This document shows, piece after piece, positions 10,542 to 20,389 of a stretch of DNA of 64,000 nucleotides. Source of the DNA: Methylococcaceae bacterium (GTDB lineage: Bacteria; Pseudomonadota; Gammaproteobacteria; Methylococcales; Methylococcaceae); assembly GCA_044351045.1 (NCBI GenBank), contig JBILGM010000001.1:7314-71313 (forward strand), given 5' to 3'. Both the position numbers and the translations under genes were made by a program. Position 1 is the stretch's first letter; the number at the start of each line of letters is the position of its first letter. A model generated the notes under the pieces. The model was not told the DNA's origin, ran no database searches, and saw only the letters and a program-made list of their open reading frames with translations.

Positions 10542-13500
10542 TTAAACGCCAAGATCAAGATGGATTGCCACGCGTTGATCGGCGGTCTCCGACGCGGGTT
10601 CAGCCGGGCCAATCACCAACCGCTGACGGTCGAATCGCTGCTTCTCCACCAGTTCAGTCATGACGGCCTTGGCGCGTTGCTCGGCCAGAGCCTCCAGTTG
10701 GCCGGCGGGCAACACGGTTTTTTCTTCCAGCTGCGCCAACAATTGCTGGTAAAAGTCGGGCGTCTGGCTGGGGCGACCTAATAGACCCGACATGGCGCCC
10801 ATGCGCTCGGGAGGGCGGCCTTTCTCCCGAGTATAGTCTGCCGCGACGCTGTCGGCTCCACCCGACTCTACGGCCAGCTTCTCCAGTACCCGCTGACTGG
10901 CCGCATCTCCAATGTTGACCGGGTCCGGGAGTTCGCCCGGTTTGAGCTCAATATCCAGCTGATTCGCCACAAGCCGTCGCACAGCCAATGCCTTCAGCGC
11001 TGTCGCATCGGCTTTTGCATCGATGCCGCCATGAATGGTGAGTTTTAGCTGGGCCTTGCCCGCGAGGCTGGCGGCCAGTTTTTGCAGCTTTTCCCGTTCG
11101 GGCGGCGGGATGTCCGATCGGCCCGCGTCGAAGGCCACGGTTCCTGGATCGCCATCACCCGAGCCGACCAGCGAGGCCAATGCTTTGAACGGGGCCATGG
11201 CGGCATTCTTGATGAGAGTGGTAAAGGCATCCCAGACCACGGTCCCATAGGCAAACTTGGGATCATCCAGTGTGCCCTCTACCGGGACAGACGCCTGAAT
11301 TTTCCCATCGGCATCGGTCAACAGGGCGATGGCCAGATCCAGCGGTAGTGAGGTCGCATTCGGACTTTCCACCTGTGCGCCCAGTTTGAATTGCTCCAGT
11401 GTGATCTTGTTCTGACTCTTAAGCTGATGATTTTCGATCTGGTATTGCAGGTCGAGATTCAGCTTGCCCGATTCAATCCGGCGACCGGCAAAGGTCGCGC
11501 TATACGGCGAGAGCGACGACATCGTCACGTTGCGAAACATCACATTGATATCGCTGAACTGCTTGATATCCATGGGGCTCAATGAACCGTCGACCCGGGT
11601 TTCGCCGAACTCGTCCACCTTGCCCGCCAATTGCAGCGTCATCCGGCTTTGTGGTGTCAGCGCGAAGCCGGCTATCGAGCCGCCAAAATCATGAACCCGG
11701 GTGGCAAACGGCAGGACCAGGCTGGCGTCGCTGAAGTCGACCTTGCCCTTTTCCACCAGAATCCGACCGATCGAAATCGGGAAGTCGGGCTGGCGCTTGC
11801 CTGACCCATGGGTCGCTTGCGCTGGCGGAGCGGCAGCGGTTTTGCGTGGCAGGATGATATCGCTGATATTCGAGCTCTTGTCCTCATGGATCGCAATCAC
11901 GCTGTCCGGTTCGACCAGTTTCAGTTCCCGGATCGTCAACTTGTCGGGTGTCAGGCTGAAATCGATGCCCTGGGTGCTCAGGTTCCCCCAGGCCAGGAAC
12001 TTCTTGCCGTCCCGGCTCTGGGGCAAATCGAGATTTGCGAGGTTGGCATCGCCAGTGACCCTGACTTTGGGTGTCGGAGTCGCCTGTTGATAATCCACCG
12101 CTAGATGGGTCGACAGGAGAGCGCTTTGTAGCTTCAGCGCCGCGAATTCACTCAGATAGGGCTGTAACTGCACAAGTGAAAAACGGTCGAGCGTGATCTG
12201 TGTCTTGGCGTGATCTCCCGTCGGCGACGCCGACCCGGCAAGGCTGAGCACGCCACCTTGGCGGATGGTTGTGCCCAGTTTGAAGTTCAGCGGTGTTTTG
12301 CCCGCCGTCGAGATGTTTTTAATCGATGCCTCTATCGCATCCAGATCGTAGGCCAAGGTGCCCACCGGACTGTGGTCTTTCACGCCGAACCCAAAATCAT
12401 TGATGGCCAGTTCGCCCAGACTGAACAGCCAGGGCTTTTCGGTGGTAGCTGTAGCTGTTTTTCCGGGCCCCGGTGTTTTGGTGCTGGCCGGGATCTGGGT
12501 CTGGCTTGAGGGCGACCTGTCCGATGCAAACAGCGAGACCGGATAAATCGCTCCGCTGGCTTGACGGGCGACCGCCGTTCCGCCGCCTTTCAAGGCTATC
12601 CGCCGAATCGAGGCGGCCTGTTTCGCCAGATCGACTTGGCCCTCTTCCAGTTTCAGCGAGTCCCACCTGAGCAGTGAAGTGTCGGATTCAGTTTCGCTTA
12701 CCGCCAAACGGTCAAGGCTGACGTCGATATGGCTGATGACCGCTTGAGGGGGACCGTTTCCAGCCACAGCATCGGCCTTGAGGCTGAGGCCCAGTGCACC
12801 CAGGGACGCCCTGATTGGGGCTGGGTGACTTTCGTCGGTGAAGTCCAGCGCCAGCTCACCGAGTTTGAATTGATCCACGGCCAGGCGCCAGGGTTTTGTT
12901 GGTGCAGCGTCGGCAGCGGCAGGTGCGGCTTTCGGCTCATTTGTGGCGGCTTGCGGCGGCAGCAGCGACAGCCAGTTCAGTTGGCCTGCCTTATCCAGTT
13001 TGGCGCTGACCGCGCCTTTGCCGAGCAGCCATCGGGGCACGTTTAGCGCTTGCTCCGGAAGATCAAGACTTACTTCCTCAAGGCGGACTTCATCCATTGT
13101 CAGGAGTGGGATTTTGGACTGCTTCAATGCAATCTGCTGAAGTCGGAGAGCCAAGTCGCCCACGTGTACGATGGGATCGGCTGCCCCGCCGGCGCTGACT
13201 TCGGCTTTCAACATCAGGCCAATGTTGCCGATGCCACCCTGCGCCTCGACGCCTGCTCGCGCATCGGCGAAATCGACCGCGAATTCGTCCAGATTCAATT
13301 GCCCCAGTTTGATTGTCCAGGGTGCTGCAGGCGGGGGGGCGTCTGGGGTTGGCGGTGGTGGTGGCGTCCTCGGGGCTGGTATGGCGGCTGCCGGCTTCAC
13401 CAGCGTTTGCCAGTTCAGTATCCCGGTTGGGTCGATGGCGAGATTGATTTTGCCCTTGCGCAACTCGATAGTCGGAATATCAATCGTCTGAGCCGCAAGA

Positions 13501-14462
13501 TCGAGCCGGGTCTGGTCGATGCGAAAGGTCTCAAGCTCGGCCAGCGGAACCGCCGGTTCTGCTGTCGTCAATTTCAGACCCGCAAGCTTAAAGACGGCGT
13601 CATCGACCGTTAGCAGGGTATTCGTCTTGTCGTGGCTAAAGTCATACCGTGCGGACACGCCCATGTCGCCCGCCGGTTCTGACAAGGCCAGCCGATCCTG
13701 AACAAAATGCCAAAGCGTCAGCACCTTCAGGCCTTCAATCGAGAGGCTGCCGGTTGATTTAACCGGGTTCAGAGAAACATCCCCCGTCCACTTCAGCGTG
13801 CTGCCCTCCGGAAGCGCGGCCTCGATCTCATACAATCCATGATGACCGGGGAGCGTGGAGATATTCTTGAGTTCAAGATCCAGATGATCCGCCCGATTCA
13901 CGACGGGCGGTTGCTGCGACGCGTTTTCGAACGACAGCTCGCCATCCGCCAGAATGATCCTCTGCACGACCAAACTGGGTGGTGGCGCATCCTCAGGGGG
14001 TTTTTCCCTGGCCGGATCCTCCGGCGGCAGACTCGCCGCGATCCGGGCGATGTTCAGTACACCGTCCTTGTCCTGGATCAGGTGGACGGTCGGCCCTTCC
14101 AGCCGCAGCTCGGCAAAGGTGGGTGCGCGATTGAAAACGCTGCGAATCAGCTCGAAATCGACATGGAGATGCCTCAGCGCGAAGACGGGCTGACCATCGG
14201 TCTCGGACAGAGCCGCGTCATGCAGATCCAGTCGGAACAGAAACGGGTTGAATGCCACTTTGCCCAGAGTCAGCGGCCGCTGGATAAGCTGGCTGACGGC
14301 CTGCGGAGCGTAATGCCTGATCAGGTAGGGCACACCGACAAAGCCGAAGAGACCATATGCGATCGGAAGTCCCATCGCCACCCAGAACCAGGGTTTGCGG
14401 ATGAACGGCTGCAAGCGCTGCAGGGTGGGGTTGGTTCGCAGTCGAGAGAGGAGTGGAGTCAT
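10542..14462 (-). CDS. Giant DUF748 / AsmA-like envelope protein
   Basis: 1306 aa with a single N-terminal TM helix (WFWVAMGLPIAYGLFGFVGVPYLI). A long beta-rich repetitive body follows, with an opening (LTLGKVAFNPFLFRLDLHDAAL) and C-terminus typical of DUF748/AsmA-family proteins. Confidence 0.7.
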   Translation of the reverse strand: MTPLLSRLRTNPTLQRLQPFIRKPWFWVAMGLPIAYGLFGFVGVPYLIRHYAPQAVSQLIQRPLTLGKVAFNPFLFRLDLHDAALSETDGQPVFALRHLHVDFELIRSVFNRAPTFAELRLEGPTVHLIQDKDGVLNIARIAASLPPEDPAREKPPEDAPPPSLVVQRIILADGELSFENASQQPPVVNRADHLDLELKNISTLPGHHGLYEIEAALPEGSTLKWTGDVSLNPVKSTGSLSIEGLKVLTLWHFVQDRLALSEPAGDMGVSARYDFSHDKTNTLLTVDDAVFKLAGLKLTTAEPAVPLAELETFRIDQTRLDLAAQTIDIPTIELRKGKINLAIDPTGILNWQTLVKPAAAIPAPRTPPPPPTPDAPPPAAPWTIKLGQLNLDEFAVDFADARAGVEAQGGIGNIGLMLKAEVSAGGAADPIVHVGDLALRLQQIALKQSKIPLLTMDEVRLEEVSLDLPEQALNVPRWLLGKGAVSAKLDKAGQLNWLSLLPPQAATNEPKAAPAAADAAPTKPWRLAVDQFKLGELALDFTDESHPAPIRASLGALGLSLKADAVAGNGPPQAVISHIDVSLDRLAVSETESDTSLLRWDSLKLEEGQVDLAKQAASIRRIALKGGGTAVARQASGAIYPVSLFASDRSPSSQTQIPASTKTPGPGKTATATTEKPWLFSLGELAINDFGFGVKDHSPVGTLAYDLDAIEASIKNISTAGKTPLNFKLGTTIRQGGVLSLAGSASPTGDHAKTQITLDRFSLVQLQPYLSEFAALKLQSALLSTHLAVDYQQATPTPKVRVTGDANLANLDLPQSRDGKKFLAWGNLSTQGIDFSLTPDKLTIRELKLVEPDSVIAIHEDKSSNISDIILPRKTAAAPPAQATHGSGKRQPDFPISIGRILVEKGKVDFSDASLVLPFATRVHDFGGSIAGFALTPQSRMTLQLAGKVDEFGETRVDGSLSPMDIKQFSDINVMFRNVTMSSLSPYSATFAGRRIESGKLNLDLQYQIENHQLKSQNKITLEQFKLGAQVESPNATSLPLDLAIALLTDADGKIQASVPVEGTLDDPKFAYGTVVWDAFTTLIKNAAMAPFKALASLVGSGDGDPGTVAFDAGRSDIPPPEREKLQKLAASLAGKAQLKLTIHGGIDAKADATALKALAVRRLVANQLDIELKPGELPDPVNIGDAASQRVLEKLAVESGGADSVAADYTREKGRPPERMGAMSGLLGRPSQTPDFYQQLLAQLEEKTVLPAGQLEALAEQRAKAVMTELVEKQRFDRQRLVIGPAEPASETADQRVAIHLDLGV

Positions 14463-14663
14463 GCTGACAACGATCGATGAGTGAGAGGGGGTGGCAGGAG
14501 TGCTTCAGACATTCGGCTCGAGCGGCTGGGTGCGAAACAGGCCAGTTCGGGAATCAGGTATTGCTCCCTCATGCTCCCGACTCGTTCGGCAGGTCCGTAG
14601 AAACGCTCACGAAACGCTATTGTTGCGCATAAGCGCGGCCATTGCTGGGCAGATTTGCGACGC

Positions 14664-15755
14664 TCACAGGGAGAGTCCCACCCTGCGACGGGCATCCAGG
14701 CAATGGCCTCCTCCCCGGGTGAACTCCCGGCAGGTTCTCGGCCGGTGCGGGTAGATGGTGCAAGCAAACGGTTCGTCGGGCGCGTCTCCGCCAGTGAGCG
14801 CTGCGCACCGATCACCCGCCCGGCGGAGCTTGCGATGTGTGTCATAAATCAGCACCAGCTCGGGATGGGTCTTATTGACGGGATCGCGGGACGACACTTC
14901 AACAGCGTTGTAGGCCTCACGGCAGCAGGCCCCGCAGGTCTGGCAATCCAGTTCGGCGGCCGGTTCATAACGGGTGCAGGCAGGCGCGTTGCTGTCCAGC
15001 ACGACGCCAGGTGCGTGACGACAGCGCCCTCGGCTGCGGCTCATAAAGTGCCAGGCGCAGTCCTGGCAACCGCGACCCGCATGATAATCCGCCACGGGCG
15101 CATGGCCGGCCGGATGCCAGCGCGGTGCGGGTGCCGCCGTATTCCAGAGTGAGGACAATGCCTGTCCCCGTTCATTCCCTAGCTGACCCGCGTCGTCACC
15201 GGGCAGGCAAGCCGCGATCTGGGCAGTCGCTCTCAATGCGTCGGTGAGATGCGGTGCCCAGCGCGGTTGGCTGGCTCGCCAGACGCCGATGCGAGCCGCC
15301 ACGCAACTGCGGTCCCGGCGTCTGCCGGACTCGGCCGGTGCCGCGAACGGGTCGGCGGGCAACGACTCCCAGAAAGTCACGCGGAAATCAGTCGTTGGTG
15401 CAAAAAACTCGCGTAGACCGACACTATCGGCCAGCCAGGCCTGCAAGCGCAGACAGGCATGTTCCCGCCATGGATTCCCCATCCGCGTATTGTCCAAACC
15501 CCAATCCGGAGCGCGCTCACCTGCATCGCCCTCGATCAGCGCGTGGCAAAGCTCATGCAGGATCATCTGGCCGAGATTGTCGTCCGGGTCAAATTGATCG
15601 TCCGTGGCAATCAGTAGCCGGCCTTGCCCATCGCTGGAAGCATAGGCCTCCCGCGAACGCACCACCGTAAATCCAACCCTCGCCGCGCAAACACGCCAAA
15701 TATGAGCAAGTGGGTCCTCATAAGCGTGGCTGGGTTGGCGAAGAAACGCGCTCAT
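14664..15755 (-). CDS. Fusion protein: N-terminal HExxH metallopeptidase-like region plus C-terminal YkgJ-type Cys-cluster (UPF0153) domain
   Basis: ILHELCHALIEG (HExxH) lies near the N-terminus. CQTCGACCREAY ... RCAALTG ... CTIYPHRPRTCREF ... CLDAR at the C-terminus matches the YkgJ/UPF0153 zinc/iron-chelating pattern. Confidence 0.65.
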   Translation of the reverse strand: MSAFLRQPSHAYEDPLAHIWRVCAARVGFTVVRSREAYASSDGQGRLLIATDDQFDPDDNLGQMILHELCHALIEGDAGERAPDWGLDNTRMGNPWREHACLRLQAWLADSVGLREFFAPTTDFRVTFWESLPADPFAAPAESGRRRDRSCVAARIGVWRASQPRWAPHLTDALRATAQIAACLPGDDAGQLGNERGQALSSLWNTAAPAPRWHPAGHAPVADYHAGRGCQDCAWHFMSRSRGRCRHAPGVVLDSNAPACTRYEPAAELDCQTCGACCREAYNAVEVSSRDPVNKTHPELVLIYDTHRKLRRAGDRCAALTGGDAPDEPFACTIYPHRPRTCREFTRGGGHCLDARRRVGLSL

Positions 15756-15776
15756 GAGCCTGACAACGATGCGAAA

Positions 15777-16487
15777 TCAGCGTTCGGGATTGAGCTCATA
15801 CTCAACTTGCGGCTGATCCTCTGCTGGCGGGGGCGGCGTAATGTGGGTCACTTGGCGGGAGACAGGTTCTGATGCGTCATCGTCCAGGGGGAAGGGGTCG
15901 CGCACGGATTCCGAGTGCCCGGCGTCCTTGGTCGATGCAGCCGGTTTGGCGGGGAGGAACCGAGGCAGGGGCGGCAATTTCATTTGCTCCGGCGTCAGCC
16001 GGGCGGGTTTGGGCGGCGACTCCACATAGCGCTGCCCTAATGGGGCAAATAGCTGGCGATCGGCAAACAACTTCTCAGGCGCATTCAATCGACGGCTTTC
16101 CGCGTTTTGCAGTTGAATCTGTTCCCGAATCAGCTGACGCTCCTCCAACCACTTGCGCAGTTCCCGCAGGCGTTTCAGCTGGTCATAACTCAGCCCGGAT
16201 ACCGTCTCCACCACTTCCGGTGCCTCATCTGGCTCAGAAGGACCGATGATCATTCGCGCTTCACACTGACCCATCCGCGGGGTCGCCGCTAACGAAACAT
16301 CAAAAAGGGAGGCAATAAGAAGGCGTCGGTATCTCATGAATTTCGCTGGTCTGGATTCAAGCAACGCACACGGAGTGCCCATCACCCGATCGAGTCTGTT
16401 TTTGGCTTCTACAATACGCCTATCCTTCCCCATCACGCCATTCATCAATGGCTTGGTGGATGTCCTGTTGATCTGGCTAGCGGCCAT
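15777..16487 (-). CDS. Hypothetical protein with coiled-coil and Pro-rich tail (start uncertain; alternative ATG at 16337)
   Basis: ORF of 236 aa. The internal start MRYRRLLIASLF... resembles a signal or anchor segment. No recognisable domain. It lies directly upstream of the HExxH-YkgJ gene on the same strand. Confidence 0.45.
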   Translation of the reverse strand: MAASQINRTSTKPLMNGVMGKDRRIVEAKNRLDRVMGTPCALLESRPAKFMRYRRLLIASLFDVSLAATPRMGQCEARMIIGPSEPDEAPEVVETVSGLSYDQLKRLRELRKWLEERQLIREQIQLQNAESRRLNAPEKLFADRQLFAPLGQRYVESPPKPARLTPEQMKLPPLPRFLPAKPAASTKDAGHSESVRDPFPLDDDASEPVSRQVTHITPPPPAEDQPQVEYELNPER

Positions 16488-16520
16488 CGGCGTATTGCTC
16501 TGATGTACCTACTGGCAGTC

Positions 16521-16997
16521 AATAGCCCACACTAATGGCTTGCACCGTGGCCATTGCTTGAGATCCTTCACTCCCGATGGTCGTTCAGGATGACACCCAT
16601 TGTCGTGTCGTCCTGAGCTCATTGTGTCGTCCTGAGTGCAACGAAGGACCTCAAGCGACGGGCACCCAATAGCCCACAATGATGACCTGCACAGTGCCCA
16701 TCGCTTGGGATCCTTCAGCCGCTATCACGGCCTCAGGATGACACTGAGTCCGTAGCCAGCGATCCTTCACTCCCGCTGGTCGTTCAGGATGACATGCAAA
16801 AACACTGTCGTCCTGAGTGGAACGAAGGACCTCAAGCGACGGGCACCCAACAGCCCATAGCGATGGCCTGCACAGTGCCCATCGCTTGGGATCCTTCAGC
16901 CGCTATCACGGCTTCAGGATGACACTGAGTCCGTAGCCAGAGATCCTTCACTCCCGGTGGTCGTTCAGGGTGACACCCATTGTTGTGTCGTCCTGGT
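16521..16997 (-). repeat. Hairpin-module repeat array R1 (about 2.4 units, spacing 199 and 181 bp)
   Basis: The + strand carries reverse complements of modules M1 (GTGTCATCCTGAACGACC-NNN-GGGAGTGAAGGATCT) and M3 (GTGTCATCCTGAGGCCGTGATAGCGGCTGAAGGATC). Module M2 (GTGTCGTCCTGAGTGCAACGAAGGACCTCAAG) is in direct form. GATCCTTCAC recurs at 16562, 16761 and 16942. Confidence 0.9.
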
Positions 16998-17029
16998 TGG
17001 CCTTAAAAAGCCTCACACGGCGTGGGAAC

Positions 17030-18937
17030 TTAATGTTGGATAGTATCGGCCGGGCTGACGCTTAACCCTTTTGCCGACTCCTGATGCCTTGCCTTCAACA
17101 ATTTCTCAAGATTTTCCCTGGCGATGGTCGCGTCGGGCTCCAGACGCAACACCCGGGTGAATGTTTTTTCAGCCTCATCCAGCCTTCCTGTATTGGCTTG
17201 CAGGGTGGCTAGAAGATTCAAACCCGCGCTGTGGTTTGGCGAAAGCTTCAAGAATTCAAGCAGCGTGTCCTCGGCCAATGAGTTTTGCTGATGTTGCAGA
17301 TAGTAGCCGGCAAGCCCATACAGGCCTGAAGGATTGTTGGGCCCCCATTTCAGTGCGCTGCTCCATGCCAAGACAACCTTGCGTGACGAGGCGGGTGGGA
17401 CGGCAGTAGCCAATCGGCCGGCCTCCGCCACAAAGTATTCGGATACCACCCAGCGCAGCGGATAACTGGCAATGGTCAGGGCGACCAGAGACACCAGCGG
17501 GGCCGTGATGGGAGCGCGCCACCAAGGACAAAGCGGCATGGCCCGGGTACTGGCTCGTTTGCGCAGTTGTCCATACCACAGGCCGATACCCACGGCGGCC
17601 ATGAACAAGCTGGCGGGATTGAAAAACACATGATTCACCTGCGCATCCAGTGCCGCCGCCCACAGTGCCCAGGTAGCACAGAGCCACAAGGCATTGGGTT
17701 CGTGCCAGGCTTGCCTCATCACTTTCAGCATCAGCCACAGATAAAGCCCCGCAAACAGCAGTGTCAGGGGTAGCCCATTTTCCGCGGCAATTTGCAGAAA
17801 AATGTTGTGAGGATTGGTCTTGACGCGGATGCCCAGCGTCTCAAAGTCGCCAAACAGATCGTAGCGCTTGCTGAAACCCGGATACTCATAAAAGTAACTG
17901 CCGGTGCCAAATCCCAGCCATGGGCGCTCGGCCACCATCCCCGAGGTTGCGGCCCACATCGGCGTGCGTGAACCCAAGTACGGCGTAATGGCCATCCACA
18001 TCAGCGCGAGGGGGGGGGGTGATTTGGCCTGAGCGAAATCATTGGGCTTAGGCGCATTCCACCATTCGCCGCGCATGAACATTTGGTCTTTATATTCACT
18101 GGGTATCGATTGATAGGCCCAGAGACCTGCAAGCCCCATGAACACTATCGGGACCATAAGCTTTTTTATCTGATTAGCCGAAATCGCTCGTTTATCCCCT
18201 TTCAGTCTGCGCACCAATCCCATCAGACCCGCCACGCAGCTGCCTGCCAGCAGCCCCCCCATACCACCCAGGCTACCGCTGGTGGCCAGCATGAACAGAC
18301 TGGTCGCCAGTGAAAATCCCGACAACACTTTCACCCATACCGAGGTGTGTGTCAGTAGCGTCCATGTCATCAAAGGAATCAACATCATCATCACATCGGC
18401 CGTAAAGTTGAAATGGCCGATACGCGAGAACTGCACAAACTTGTTGAAATCCGGATGGTGGAAGTCGACCAAGAACCCATACCAGAAATGCGCACACAAA
18501 ACCAAGGCTGACATCGACAGCGCCCATTGCAAGTCATTCATGTACCGGGGCTCATGACCGCTGGCCCAGGCGCTCGCCCAAAGCGTCAGCCCTCCCGCGC
18601 ACCAGAAAGCGAGCCGGTTGACACCCGCATCGGGATTGGTGGCATATAGCACCCCGAAAGCCAGCCCCAGGAAAAACAGCACGAAAAATAGCCCAGGCCA
18701 GGAGAGCCCGGCTTGATCGGCGGGTTGTTTCGATTCCTGGTGATCGCAACAGACCAGACGGGCCCCAAACGATCCGGAAAGGGCCAGGACCAGCCCCAAA
18801 CTCACCAGAACAAACCACTTGGGCTCCTCGTTGGGTGCGATCATCGCGTTCCAGCGCAGGTTCAGCATAAAAGGCATGGCCACCAGGGGTGCCCACAGCA
18901 GAATACTCCGGGGGATAAAGTCGGATTTGGTCTTCAT
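17030..18937 (-). CDS. O-antigen ligase-like (Wzy_C) polytopic membrane protein with C-terminal TPR domain
   Basis: 635 aa with about 12 TM helices and a large loop typical of WaaL/PglL/Wzy_C proteins. The C-terminal region has TPR-like repeats (AEDTLLEFLKLSPNHSAGLNLLATLQANTGRLDEAEKTFTRVLRLEPD). Confidence 0.75.
   Translation of the reverse strand: MKTKSDFIPRSILLWAPLVAMPFMLNLRWNAMIAPNEEPKWFVLVSLGLVLALSGSFGARLVCCDHQESKQPADQAGLSWPGLFFVLFFLGLAFGVLYATNPDAGVNRLAFWCAGGLTLWASAWASGHEPRYMNDLQWALSMSALVLCAHFWYGFLVDFHHPDFNKFVQFSRIGHFNFTADVMMMLIPLMTWTLLTHTSVWVKVLSGFSLATSLFMLATSGSLGGMGGLLAGSCVAGLMGLVRRLKGDKRAISANQIKKLMVPIVFMGLAGLWAYQSIPSEYKDQMFMRGEWWNAPKPNDFAQAKSPPPLALMWMAITPYLGSRTPMWAATSGMVAERPWLGFGTGSYFYEYPGFSKRYDLFGDFETLGIRVKTNPHNIFLQIAAENGLPLTLLFAGLYLWLMLKVMRQAWHEPNALWLCATWALWAAALDAQVNHVFFNPASLFMAAVGIGLWYGQLRKRASTRAMPLCPWWRAPITAPLVSLVALTIASYPLRWVVSEYFVAEAGRLATAVPPASSRKVVLAWSSALKWGPNNPSGLYGLAGYYLQHQQNSLAEDTLLEFLKLSPNHSAGLNLLATLQANTGRLDEAEKTFTRVLRLEPDATIARENLEKLLKARHQESAKGLSVSPADTIQH
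18010..18019 (-). repeat. Homopolymeric G10 (C10 on the coding strand) inside the O-antigen-ligase-like gene
   Basis: GAGGGGGGGGGGT on the + strand. The coding strand reads TCA CCC CCC CCC CTC (S-P-P-P-L), near the middle of the ORF. Confidence 0.9.
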
Positions 18938-19089
18938 GCAGTGAAAGATTGCATCGTGTTTCGAGCTGATAAAACAGCCCGATAAATTCGGTCAGGTTAG
19001 CGGGTAAATTGGTGCAATTATGGCATTTTCATGCCAAGGGAATGTCTCGCGAAGTGTCTGGGTCGGAAGTGATGGGGGCATCTTCCCCG

Positions 19090-19432
19090 GTGTCATCCTG
19101 AGCTTATTGTGTCGTCCTGAGTGCAGCGAAGGACCTCAAGCTACCGCCGCCACCCCATAGCCCATAGCGATGGCCTGTGCCGGGGCTATTGCTTGAGATC
19201 CCTCAGCCGTTATCACGGCCTCAGGATGACACTGAGTCCGTAGCCAGAGATCCTTCACTCCCGCTGGTCGTTCAGGATGACACCCATTGTTGTGTCGTCC
19301 TGAGCTCATTGTGTCGTCCTGAGTGCAACGAAGGACCTCAAGCGACCGGCACCCCATAGCCCACAATGATGGCCTGTGCCGGGGCTATTGCTTGAGATCC
19401 TTCAGCCGTTATCACGGCTTCAGGATGACACT
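19090..19432 (-). repeat. Hairpin-module repeat array R2 (same polarity as R1)
   Basis: Contains M2 in direct form (19108-19140, 19301-19343) and reverse complements of M3 and M1. It fills the divergent intergenic region between 17030-18937(-) and 19528-20355(+). Confidence 0.9.
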
Positions 19433-19527
19433 TGGTAGATGTGGGCTGTTTAGAATGACCCGCAGGGCGCCACTACCATACGGCGGATTTTGTATCATCC
19501 TGATCTAACACCCAGCCGTCCCAGCCC

Positions 19528-20355
19528 ATGTCCCAAAGCGAAACCGACTACATCCCCTATCACGCCGAAACCCGTGTCGGTCGCGGACCGGCGCTGGTCT
19601 TTGCGCCGCATCCGGATGACGAAGTGTTTGGCTGTGCTGGCGCCATCATCCAGCATGTCGCCGATGGGGACGAAGTCACCGTCATCATCGTCACCGATGG
19701 CGCCTTTGGGGCTGGAAAGGATGGCGATGTGTATGCCCAAACCCGAGAAGCCGAAAGCCGCGCTGCGGGGGAAATCCTCGGCTATGGCGAGCCGATCTTT
19801 TGGGGCTTGCCGGATCGCGGGTTGATGTTTGACGACGCCCTGGTCGCCCGCATTGAGTCCGCGCTGGCCGAGTACCGTCCGGCCCTGGTTTACGCCCCCT
19901 CCTGGTGGGAAATCCACCCCGACCACACCGCCTTATCGCTGGCCGTGACCGAAGCGGTGGGTCGCGTTAACGATGAGATCCCGCTGATCCTCTATGAAGT
20001 CGGCGTCCCCCTCCATGCCAATCTTCTGCTGGATATCAGCGCTTGCCTGCCCAACAAGCAGGCCGCCATGGCCTGCTTTGCCAGCCAGATGGCCCAGCAA
20101 GCCTATGGCGATCACCTCTGGGCCCTCAATCGCTTTCGCAGCTATACGCTGCCGTCAACCGTCCATGCCGCAGAAGCCTATCGCCGCATCATCCGCCCCA
20201 TCGTGCGCCCGCCGGCCCCGCTGATGAGCCGAATGGATGCGCCGGTCATGGTGGCGCGTGCTGATGCGCTAGAGCGCCCTGCCGGGTATCCGCCGACGTT
20301 TTGGCCGCGTTTGATCCGGGGTATCCGCGCACTCCGCCAGTGGCTTAGATATTGA
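19528..20355 (+). CDS. PIG-L (LmbE-like) family N-acetylglucosaminyl deacetylase
   Basis: VFAPHPDDEVFGCAGAI is the PIG-L signature. Downstream HPDH and the overall length fit the family. Confidence 0.85.
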   Translation: MSQSETDYIPYHAETRVGRGPALVFAPHPDDEVFGCAGAIIQHVADGDEVTVIIVTDGAFGAGKDGDVYAQTREAESRAAGEILGYGEPIFWGLPDRGLMFDDALVARIESALAEYRPALVYAPSWWEIHPDHTALSLAVTEAVGRVNDEIPLILYEVGVPLHANLLLDISACLPNKQAAMACFASQMAQQAYGDHLWALNRFRSYTLPSTVHAAEAYRRIIRPIVRPPAPLMSRMDAPVMVARADALERPAGYPPTFWPRLIRGIRALRQWLRY

Positions 20356-20389
20356 GCACCGCTTGGTGCCTAAGCCGGGTTCCTGTCGG

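Noticed and set aside
13333-13340. G8 run (C8 on the coding strand) in the DUF748 gene as a phase-variation site
   Set aside because: It encodes part of a Pro-rich linker (PPPPTPDAPPP), is shorter than the C10 tract, and lies in a gene class not known to be phase-variable. It is noted only for completeness.
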